Below, one piece after another: positions 8,078-15,669 of a stretch of DNA of 25,299 bases. The translations under genes and the position numbers were made by a program. The DNA lies in IMG/VR virus record IMGVR_UViG_3300031519_003155, positions 1 through 25,299 of that record; one strand, 5' to 3'. Under the pieces are notes generated by a model that was not told the origin of the DNA, did no database searches, and saw only the letters and a program-made list of their open reading frames with translations. Numbering within the stretch: the stretch's first letter is position 1; each line of letters opens with the position of its first letter. Origin of the DNA: a virus (Duplodnaviria; Caudoviricetes).

Positions 8078-8216
8078 AAATAAATTCCTGCTTTATGGCT
8101 TCAATGCATGGTTCGCATAAATATAGTTTACTATTTTCAACTGTGTCATTAAAACACATTGCAGGATCATCTTCAAGCATTTCCTTATCGCAACGGTCAC
8201 ATACAAGTTTAGACAT
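8040..8216 (-). CDS. Small zinc-finger protein (58 aa; start revised to MSKLVC)
   Basis: CDRC...CEPC (two CxxC pairs); GAGG RBS; overlaps uvsX and gp41. Confidence 0.6.
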   Translation of the reverse strand: MSKLVCDRCDKEMLEDDPAMCFNDTVENSKLYLCEPCIEAIKQEFIYENRDTNFIESN

Positions 8217-9267
8217 TGTATGCCTCTGCAATATCCTCTGATGAAACCTCATCCTGCATAATTGCACCATTTGATATTAAATAACGATTCTCGACCCAAG
8301 TAGAGAATGTTTGATCAGCTAATACAGGCATCCAAAATTCCTTTGTATATGTATCCTTTGTGCGATACTTTTTACTTTCAGGGCCTGCTGATGCTACTTG
8401 ATACCACCCATTAGAGGGTTTAACTACGTGACCCGATTCCTGTGCCATATCTAGTAATCCTGACCACTTACTAATACCACCATCAAATTTTACCTCAACA
8501 GGGATTTTAGACTTCTCCCTTACGAAACGAGATTTCTCAACATTAATGATGAAGTTATACCCTACAAGATCAGATCCAGTTTTCTCCTGTTGGCGTCCGA
8601 TAATATAAACATTATCCGCACTATACATTATCCCAGTTCCACCTGAAACAATTGCCTTTGGGAACATACCAATTTCCATGTAAGTATGATTGACTACGAC
8701 ACACGGAATGTCTTTAATAGACAGGTGGGGAGTAATCATTCTAAACAGAGACTTCATCTGCTTGGCGCGGGTCATATCGGCAACAGACTTACCCTCTAGC
8801 GCATCATCAACTTCTTTCTTAGATGCTAAGTTACCAATCGAATCGACAATAATCATAACATGATCACCTCGTTCAAATCCGTTAATCTGTGACATCACAT
8901 CATGCTTCAATTGTTCTATGTCAGTAATCGGTGTATGTACAACCTTATCCGTGTCAATACCAAAACTTGTAAAGTAGGATTGAGGTGCACCGAACTCTGA
9001 ATCGTAAAACAAAATAATAGCATCGTCATACTTTTCAAGATATGATTTTGCTAACATCATAGCGAATGCAGTTTTAAAGTGTTTAGAGGGCCCAGCGAAT
9101 ACTGTTAGACCGGGCGTTAAACCACCATCTAGTTTACCACTTAATGCAACATTCAATGCGGGTACTGAGGTTTGAATTAAATCCTTAGTACTAAAGAATT
9201 TAGAATCTGTTAGTATAGAGGATTCCTTTATAGTTGAATTCTTTTTTATTCTATCCATCAACGACAT
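8209..9267 (-). CDS. uvsX: RecA-like recombinase UvsX
   Basis: GPSKHFKT Walker A; YDSEFG, DSIGNLAS and SGGTGIMYSAD motifs. Confidence 0.97.
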   Translation of the reverse strand: MSLMDRIKKNSTIKESSILTDSKFFSTKDLIQTSVPALNVALSGKLDGGLTPGLTVFAGPSKHFKTAFAMMLAKSYLEKYDDAIILFYDSEFGAPQSYFTSFGIDTDKVVHTPITDIEQLKHDVMSQINGFERGDHVMIIVDSIGNLASKKEVDDALEGKSVADMTRAKQMKSLFRMITPHLSIKDIPCVVVNHTYMEIGMFPKAIVSGGTGIMYSADNVYIIGRQQEKTGSDLVGYNFIINVEKSRFVREKSKIPVEVKFDGGISKWSGLLDMAQESGHVVKPSNGWYQVASAGPESKKYRTKDTYTKEFWMPVLADQTFSTWVENRYLISNGAIMQDEVSSEDIAEAYNV

Positions 9268-9997
9268 TTTTATTTCTCCAAGTCAGGTTTTGTTTTAAAG
9301 TTGTCTCAAAAACATTGTGTGTATTATAACACATACTAGCCATGTGAGTCAAGTCCTTAGGCAGACATTTTCCACCGAAACCGAACTTTTTATCAGGGCC
9401 GGGTGCATCCCAATGTGACCCACCGATAATTGGGTCTGCACATAATATCTCCTGCAAGTCATTATATTGTGCGCCATAACGTTCACAAACAGCATGCAAC
9501 TCATTGGCTACCCCAACACGAATAGCGAGTGCGGAGTTCCTGGCTAATTTGTACATCATAGCATTGAAAGGGGAGGTTAAGATTAACTCTTTTTCTGTTT
9601 GTCCGATTAACTCATATAGTTTGGGGGCTGAATGATTATCGCCCAGTACAATAGGCAAATACAAATCATCAACATCCTCTTTCCAATGTTGCTCCCTCAA
9701 AAACTCTGGCATCATTATGGCATGTGGGAACTGAGTTACTTGATCGGGACCAATTGTACTCCTTACCACTGGAACGACTCCAGGTGGCAATGCAACATAC
9801 ACCTCAGTTAAAATTGACATATCTAATATGTTATCATTTAGAGGTGTGGGTACACATAGGAACGCATACTTACATTCACTAATGTCTCCCTCGTAACCCA
9901 GTGCCGGGTCACTTATTACTATTTCAGCATCGGTCCGCTGTAATAGATACTCAGTCGCCTTACCAACAAAGCCATATCCAATAATTCCTATTTTCAT
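9251..9997 (-). CDS. UDP-glucose/GDP-mannose dehydrogenase-family protein (short, two-domain form)
   Basis: GYGFVG Rossmann motif, CVPTP, PEFLRE, catalytic K..N (YKLARN) and GFGGKCLPKD; 248 aa with no C-terminal domain. Confidence 0.88.
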   Translation of the reverse strand: MKIGIIGYGFVGKATEYLLQRTDAEIVISDPALGYEGDISECKYAFLCVPTPLNDNILDMSILTEVYVALPPGVVPVVRSTIGPDQVTQFPHAIMMPEFLREQHWKEDVDDLYLPIVLGDNHSAPKLYELIGQTEKELILTSPFNAMMYKLARNSALAIRVGVANELHAVCERYGAQYNDLQEILCADPIIGGSHWDAPGPDKKFGFGGKCLPKDLTHMASMCYNTHNVFETTLKQNLTWRNKNVVDG

Positions 9998-10674
9998 ACA
10001 TTAAAATCCTTATTCACATCAGTAAAATATACATAATTATCAAACTTCTTCATTTCAGTAGGATCAGTCCAGTAGTCTATAAGTAACACTACTCGCTCTT
10101 CATCGGTATTATTTTCTACCCAATGCCAATATTCTGCATCATCAAAATAGAAAGAAGTGTTTTCCTCATAATCCATACTATCAAAGGTTGAATCATCTAA
10201 ATATTTAGATGCAGAAATTGCACATCCTTTCTTCTTAGGGGAAATAAAACACCATTGTGATCTAAGAATATTCCCCTTTGATTGTCCACGGTGTGCATTA
10301 ATGGATGCGCGGGGTTCTAGTATACTGAAATGTGCGTAGAAAACATTACCGAACCCCGACAATATCTTATGGGTTATCGGAAAGAATTTTTCTACTGGAT
10401 CATAAAATTCATTATTATATGCAATCCAAGAACTAGTCCAGCCTTCTGCATACATTGGAAGAGGATGTATAGTTTTCATCGGTTGGACAGGTGATAAGTA
10501 TCTCATATTAGCCATCACTGCACCGGTTGGAGTAATACTGTCTGCAAGAGCATCCATATGTTCCTGATACTCAAGGATGTTTTCTCGGTATTCTTTTTCA
10601 ATTGCTTCTCTATTTTGTTCAAGCAATGAAACGTCATAATGTTCTTTAGGTATAGGATTAAATACTGCCATCAC
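9994..10674 (-). CDS. Aspartyl/asparaginyl beta-hydroxylase-like Fe(II)/2-oxoglutarate dioxygenase
   Basis: FSILEP..INAHRG, FDD..YWHWVEN and ERVVLLID motifs of the AspH/LpxO family. Confidence 0.82.
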   Translation of the reverse strand: MMAVFNPIPKEHYDVSLLEQNREAIEKEYRENILEYQEHMDALADSITPTGAVMANMRYLSPVQPMKTIHPLPMYAEGWTSSWIAYNNEFYDPVEKFFPITHKILSGFGNVFYAHFSILEPRASINAHRGQSKGNILRSQWCFISPKKKGCAISASKYLDDSTFDSMDYEENTSFYFDDAEYWHWVENNTDEERVVLLIDYWTDPTEMKKFDNYVYFTDVNKDFNV

Positions 10675-11024
10675 AACACACTTGCAATATCAGGTCGGAA
10701 GTAACCTTCTGGCTTCATTACTTTACCATCCTCATTCTTCATTACTTTACCGTCAGTACATTTGCTCATATTAGATGCTTTAACTTCATTCCACACATCT
10801 TCAAAAGGAATGTTTAACGTATTAGCCATGCCCATTATAACCCATACCATGTCAGCCAAGCCATCGGCAACTTCAACCTTATCCCTTAAGGCAAATGCCT
10901 GTACAGTTTCAAGATATTCCTCAGTAATTAAATCCATATACAATCCAGCCTGCTCAGACTCAATACCTTGATCTGAAGGTTGATCACATATATCCATAAA
11001 TTTTTTAACATCAATTTGATACAT
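10671..11024 (-). CDS. MazG-like / PRA-PH-like nucleoside triphosphate pyrophosphohydrolase
   Basis: LITEEYLE...EVADGLAD metal-binding pattern plus EVKASNMSK...DGKVMKPEG. Confidence 0.85.
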   Translation of the reverse strand: MYQIDVKKFMDICDQPSDQGIESEQAGLYMDLITEEYLETVQAFALRDKVEVADGLADMVWVIMGMANTLNIPFEDVWNEVKASNMSKCTDGKVMKNEDGKVMKPEGYFRPDIASVL

Positions 11025-11039
11025 TTTGGTTTCCTTTTG

Positions 11040-13535
11040 TTACGAAAATAGATCCTCAAGTGTAGCCACTGGTCGGGTATTCCATCCCAAGCCGTTGGCA
11101 ATAGTTTTCAGTGGCTCAACAAATGCCTTTTCAAATATTATTTCATAGTCAACATAACGATGTACATTAAACTCAGTAGGTAACTTACCAATAAACCCTA
11201 TAACATTCTCACCAGTAGTATTCGGCTCCTTAAGATACACAAACTTAATCTTGTCACCGTCTTTAATTGTTTCGTATTTCTTACCCACTTTATGTTTTTT
11301 GATTAAGTGGTTGTACATCAGCGCACCCCTAACTTGCATAGGAGTACCCTTTTCATAAATATGTGATACCGAAGAATATTTATTTAGGTTATTGCATCCT
11401 CTAGGGAAGGCGATTTGTTCAGGAGTCAATGCTCTAAATGCTTCCCAGTTCTCAGCAACATATGCCTGCAAGGTCGCTTCATCATTCTCCAAACATAGTT
11501 TAACTGCCTTACGTAAACTCTCTCGGACAGGAGCAGGAGTTGAGGATCTGACAATCTCTAGTCCCATGACCTTTAACTTGGGTTCCTTGTAACGCACACC
11601 TTCATTGTCAGATACGTTTAGAGCATACCGCTTCTTAGCAACCCATAACCCCCTGTCAGCAATCGCCTCACGCTTAAATATAATTTTATGCTGAAAAGCA
11701 TGCGTATCATTTGCAAGTCTTTCCATTGCCTTGTTAATTACAGGCTCAATTTTGTCATTGCCAATCTGATCTAACATATCGACAATTTGATCTTTACTTT
11801 TACCTTTAAAAAACTTCTGTACAAGATTGTTCATTGTGATATAACAGGAATCTGTGTCTGAATAAAAAGAATACATCTCATCCTCAGTATCACATACTTT
11901 GTTCAAATAATCATCAAGAGCAATTGCAGTTTCCCGGATAATAAGTTGCCCAGACATAGTAATACCTTCAGCAATGCGGGTATCATAATATCTAAAATAT
12001 TCATTGCCCATTGCACCGAACAAACTGTTCAACTGAATCTTTCTTGCCATCTGGAAATTGTTGTATTTTGAAATGTCACTCAACAGCGCAGGATTCTTTG
12101 TCTCCTCATACTCACTCTGAGCCGCGATCATAAGTTTTTTGTATTTTTGTCTATCATCAAAAAACTTAGAAATTATCTCAGGAAACAGTCCCTGTTTATC
12201 TCTGCTGAAGGTTTGCCCATTAGCTGCCATTGCATATTCAGTATTGACAGGGCCTTCCCGCGTTAACAATTTCTCAACATTGGTGTTAACCTGACGCTCA
12301 ACTAAAGTCTCGGGAGACATATTGTATTGCATAATTATTGAAGGGTATAGTGAGGTTGCATCGAATGACATAACCCAATCATATGCACCTGGCTTAGGTT
12401 CCTGTACAAATGCACCTTCAATGCGGCGACCCTCAGCAAACTTCTTTTGAGGGATCATAATATTCTTACTGAGCAAGTGATTATATAACAGACAGTCCCA
12501 GGTACGTACCTGAGAAAATACATCTTTAAAGTTACATTTTGCATCGTAAGCCATTGTTGCAATAAGTTCAATAAGTTTCATCTTATCTTCTAGTTCGTCA
12601 ACAAGTACCGTATCTATAATGTTATAGTCGATAAAACGATTCCAATCCTTTTCGTAAAATTCTTGGAAAGTATCGAAGCCACTCTCCAACTTATTCTTAC
12701 CAAGTTCAACTTCAGCAATAAAGTCTAGCTTGTAGGATTCGCGTACAGTGTATGTAAACTTCTTGTACAAATCCAAGTAGTCTAATTGCGCTACACCTTT
12801 AATGTCGTAGGTAGTCATCTCCTTATTATGCTTAGTGATAGTTTTACGGCGGGTCATATTGAATGGGCTAAGTGAATTACCTGCACCATTACCGAATAGT
12901 TTTTCCATCCTAGCAATTAGATATGGGATATCAAACAGTTCTAAGTTCCAGCCTGTAATAATATCTGGAAATTCATTACACCACCAAGTACCAAACTTAG
13001 TTAGTAGGTCATGTTCGTCATCACAAACCGTATAGTTAACCTCCAAGTGTTTAACTGCCTCACTTGGCTCCCATTCCCCTGCACCCCATGTCAGTATTTC
13101 CTTAGTGTAATTATTTACAACCGTGATAAGAAGAATTTCGTCAGTGGGATTATCTACATCAGGGAATCCATTGTCGGCACGGGTCTCAATATCAATTGAC
13201 CATATTGAAAGCATGGACAAATCAAAGTCAATTGCGTCAGGGTATTGTGCAGTAATGAACTGATAGGTTAGATCAGTCTGTCCGTATATCGGATAATTTT
13301 CTATCTTAGAATATTTGTCTTGGAACTCTTTGCAGTCTCGATTGTCTCCGAATGTAATCGGTTTGACATTCTCACCATACAATCCCTTATAGGGTGATGG
13401 TAAATCAGATCTGACATAAAGTGTCGGACTGAAAGGATGTTTTTCGTGGAATCTTACACCATCACGCACACCGCGTAATAATACATTGTTACCGTACTGC
13501 CAAGCCCAGCTATAAAAGTTATTATTCATACGCAC
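11040..13535 (-). CDS. gp43: Family B DNA polymerase (T4 gp43)
   Basis: Exonuclease DIET, GWN..FD and YNIID; polymerase DATSLYPSII, KIQLNSLFG, YSDTDS and KKRY. Start may be the ATG at 13529. No intron or intein is evident. Confidence 0.98.
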   Translation of the reverse strand: MRMNNNFYSWAWQYGNNVLLRGVRDGVRFHEKHPFSPTLYVRSDLPSPYKGLYGENVKPITFGDNRDCKEFQDKYSKIENYPIYGQTDLTYQFITAQYPDAIDFDLSMLSIWSIDIETRADNGFPDVDNPTDEILLITVVNNYTKEILTWGAGEWEPSEAVKHLEVNYTVCDDEHDLLTKFGTWWCNEFPDIITGWNLELFDIPYLIARMEKLFGNGAGNSLSPFNMTRRKTITKHNKEMTTYDIKGVAQLDYLDLYKKFTYTVRESYKLDFIAEVELGKNKLESGFDTFQEFYEKDWNRFIDYNIIDTVLVDELEDKMKLIELIATMAYDAKCNFKDVFSQVRTWDCLLYNHLLSKNIMIPQKKFAEGRRIEGAFVQEPKPGAYDWVMSFDATSLYPSIIMQYNMSPETLVERQVNTNVEKLLTREGPVNTEYAMAANGQTFSRDKQGLFPEIISKFFDDRQKYKKLMIAAQSEYEETKNPALLSDISKYNNFQMARKIQLNSLFGAMGNEYFRYYDTRIAEGITMSGQLIIRETAIALDDYLNKVCDTEDEMYSFYSDTDSCYITMNNLVQKFFKGKSKDQIVDMLDQIGNDKIEPVINKAMERLANDTHAFQHKIIFKREAIADRGLWVAKKRYALNVSDNEGVRYKEPKLKVMGLEIVRSSTPAPVRESLRKAVKLCLENDEATLQAYVAENWEAFRALTPEQIAFPRGCNNLNKYSSVSHIYEKGTPMQVRGALMYNHLIKKHKVGKKYETIKDGDKIKFVYLKEPNTTGENVIGFIGKLPTEFNVHRYVDYEIIFEKAFVEPLKTIANGLGWNTRPVATLEDLFS

Positions 13536-13559
13536 CTAAAGTTTCTGATTCATGCGTGT

Positions 13560-13588
13560 ATTATACAACAAACTCCCACCTAAGTCAA
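13560..13588 (-). promoter_or_regulatory. Sigma70-type promoter for gp43, copy 4
   Basis: TTGACT (13588-13583), 17 bp, TATAAT (13565-13560). Confidence 0.88.
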
Positions 13589-13599
13589 GTGGAAGTTTG
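13569..13599 (-). terminator. Stem-loop (possible terminator of the upstream gene) with the -35 box in its loop
   Basis: CAAACUUCCAC / GUGGGAGUUUG 11-bp stem with one G-U pair; 9-nt loop UUGACUUAG; weak U-tract. Confidence 0.55.
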
Positions 13600-13611
13600 C
13601 CCTTAATACAA

Positions 13612-13935
13612 TTAAACTTGAATTTTGGACTCCGGCATTATGATTTTAGAACCATAATGTTTGTTGTATTCATCCAATAAAGCCTTTGCAGGATTGAAGA
13701 TTGAGATTATGTGATTGGGGAAAATAGGAATAAAATCACCATCCGCATATGGCGCATATGGTGCAAGCCCTACACCAAATTTACCTTCTTCCTTTTGATC
13801 TGGGATTAGCATTACAACAGCAGGTTTTTCAATCTGCACTAGAACACTTCCTCCCACTTCGACTTCACCAACTTTGCCAATCAGCTCTTCACCTGAAGTA
13901 AGTTTTACAATTTGAATCGTGCCTTCAGCACTCAT
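13612..13935 (-). CDS. Hypothetical protein typical of the hsp20-gp43 interval (possible Sm/SH3-like beta-barrel)
   Basis: IQIVKLTSGEELIGKV N-terminus; beta-rich composition; position matches marine T4-like phages as recalled. Confidence 0.6.
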   Translation of the reverse strand: MSAEGTIQIVKLTSGEELIGKVGEVEVGGSVLVQIEKPAVVMLIPDQKEEGKFGVGLAPYAPYADGDFIPIFPNHIISIFNPAKALLDEYNKHYGSKIIMPESKIQV

Positions 13936-14108
13936 AATGAATTCTTCCTATCTTGAATTTCGGCACGCCGCGTTTTAGAAAGTTTAGCAATCTCACCCAA
14001 TGCCTTGCGGGCGCGGGTTGCGGCGGCTTTAACCCCCTTGACTTCAAATGCTTCTTGTTCTACTAGGTAAGTGGCGTATAATTCCGTGATTTGTTCATGT
14101 GTGGTCAT
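13932..14108 (-). CDS. Histone H1-like (Hc1-family) small basic protein (58 aa; start revised to MTTHEQ)
   Basis: KGVKAAATRARKALGEIAKL motif; GGAG RBS before the ATG at 14108; the track start lies inside a terminator. Confidence 0.65.
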   Translation of the reverse strand: MTTHEQITELYATYLVEQEAFEVKGVKAAATRARKALGEIAKLSKTRRAEIQDRKNSL

Positions 14109-14127
14109 AATATATTTCTCCATAATT

Positions 14128-14156
14128 AAAAAAGTAGGGGGATGTAGCATCCCCCT
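14128..14156 (-). terminator. Intrinsic terminator after hsp20
   Basis: AGGGGGAUG-CUA-CAUCCCCCU followed by ACUUUUUU. Confidence 0.85.
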
Positions 14157-14166
14157 CAGTAGTTAT

Positions 14167-14631
14167 TTATTCCTGTAAAAGAATCTTCTTAGAGATGTCT
14201 ATCTTTCGGGCTTTCTTTTCTTCCGGAATAATATGTTGCAGTTTGATGGTCAGCATTCCATTAGTAAACTCAGCACTAAGTACCTCAATGTCACTATTTA
14301 ATGCAAAAGTTTTTGTAAAGTTCCTAGCACCAATACCTCGATGATAGTATTCTGTGGTGTCTTCACCCCTATCTTGTATACCCTGTACAACTAACTTCTT
14401 ACCTTCAGGTACTACATGAATATTGAATTCTTCCTCAGCAAATCCAGCCGCCGCAAATTCAATCATAAAGGATTCATCATCAATCTTTACAATGTTATAG
14501 GGGGGATAATTATTTGAAAGGTCAGCGACGGAAGAGATGTTGTCAAACATCTTGTCAAACCCGATGCTGAAAGGTGAGATACTATTAATAATATCCTCGA
14601 CGGACGAGGCATTAAACTTACGAACAACCAT
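14167..14631 (-). CDS. hsp20: Small heat-shock protein (Hsp20/IbpA family)
   Basis: NYPPYNI, AAGF, YYHRGIGARNF and NGMLTI alpha-crystallin motifs; C-terminal IDI (IxI). Confidence 0.95.
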   Translation of the reverse strand: MVVRKFNASSVEDIINSISPFSIGFDKMFDNISSVADLSNNYPPYNIVKIDDESFMIEFAAAGFAEEEFNIHVVPEGKKLVVQGIQDRGEDTTEYYHRGIGARNFTKTFALNSDIEVLSAEFTNGMLTIKLQHIIPEEKKARKIDISKKILLQE

Positions 14632-14637
14632 ATTGTT

Positions 14638-14684
14638 CTCCTTATATTAAGCGAGTTAAATTTTAGTGACCCTTACGGCGTCAC
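14638..14684 (-). promoter_or_regulatory. Putative ROSE-like RNA thermometer in the hsp20 5' UTR
   Basis: CUC(G)CUUA-AUA-UAAGGAG hairpin pairs the SD with a UCGCU motif and a bulged G; preceded by GUGAC(G)CC-GUAA-GGGUCAC, a GNRA hairpin. Confidence 0.65.
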
Positions 14685-14723
14685 ATACTATATATAATGA
14701 TTACCCAATCTATAGAGTAATTA

Positions 14724-15152
14724 TTATTTTTTCTTGCCGATACTATATTTTGTTACAAGTTCCCACTCAGATTTTTCTTTGAATGCAAGAATTTTAATCT
14801 GACTTAGTGGTGCTTGTTCTTCATGCTTATTGGATTCTAAAATTTCTAGCAATCCCCAATCCGACAATAGTTTAGCAATTGTATTTCTTCTCTGAATATC
14901 AGTATCATCGAAGTTTGCTTCTTTACCATCTAAGGCAAAGAGCTCTTTAAAATGGGTAATGAAGTATCTACCTTGCTTATGTAATATATGGCAAGATTGA
15001 TACAATATTTTATCCTTACGAGATGCAACACCTATGCGAGATAAAGTTTCTCTTATTTTTAAAAAATCATCAGCATATTCAAGTTTGATTTCTAGTGGAT
15101 CGTAGCCAGCGTAATCAATTTCAAAGAAATCTTCGCTCATTATTGTTCTCAT
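14724..15152 (-). CDS. regA: Translational repressor RegA
   Basis: DDFLKIRETLSRIGVAS...LYQSCHILHKQGRYFITHFKELFALDG. Confidence 0.97.
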   Translation of the reverse strand: MRTIMSEDFFEIDYAGYDPLEIKLEYADDFLKIRETLSRIGVASRKDKILYQSCHILHKQGRYFITHFKELFALDGKEANFDDTDIQRRNTIAKLLSDWGLLEILESNKHEEQAPLSQIKILAFKEKSEWELVTKYSIGKKK

Positions 15153-15175
15153 ATAAGGTTAAAGTAGTTATACTT

Positions 15176-15183
15176 TATTTATA
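15176..15183 (-). promoter_or_regulatory. T4-type late promoter upstream of regA
   Basis: Exact TATAAATA in the gp62-regA gap. Confidence 0.7.
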
Positions 15184-15186
15184 CGT

Positions 15187-15669
15187 TTACCGACTTTTAC
15201 CACCCTTATTCAACTTTTGACGGATGCCTTCCAGATCACTCTTTGTCAGGACACGCAATGCTTCTTGTGCCCTAGTATTATTATATCCAAAATATTCTTT
15301 AATAATCTCTAAGGTTTCTTCTCTCTCAGGCTTTAGCCATTTGTTATAACGCTTTTTACTACGAACAATATTCAATAGAAAATCATACTGCATCTTACGA
15401 GCGAGATGTGGGCGGGCGTTCATTTCATTTGCCGCGATGACTGTGTCCGGCCCGTAACTCATAGCCTTATTGACTATGAAGGGATTGTACTGCTTCTCGG
15501 ACCAGTCATCAACAATAAGCTGTTCTTTTGTTGAATTAATACTGTTAGCAAAATCAAAAGGACTTATTGCGGTTTTCTTTACATTGTATTCCGCTGGATC
15601 AATAACCTTTGCAGGTGCACCTAAGTCAGAAAGAAAAGCAACTTCTATTGGCTTTGTAGACTTCTTCAT
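15187..15669 (-). CDS. gp62: Clamp loader small subunit (T4 gp62)
   Basis: YNPFIVNKAMS...ANEMN...QYDFL...KWLK...YFGYN pattern; located between gp44 and regA. Confidence 0.9.
   Translation of the reverse strand: MKKSTKPIEVAFLSDLGAPAKVIDPAEYNVKKTAISPFDFANSINSTKEQLIVDDWSEKQYNPFIVNKAMSYGPDTVIAANEMNARPHLARKMQYDFLLNIVRSKKRYNKWLKPEREETLEIIKEYFGYNNTRAQEALRVLTKSDLEGIRQKLNKGGKSR

Noticed and set aside
11040-13535. Intron, intein or split in gp43 (also considered for gp41 and uvsX)
   Set aside because: The ORFs are continuous and of ordinary length, with no intein or homing-endonuclease motifs seen.
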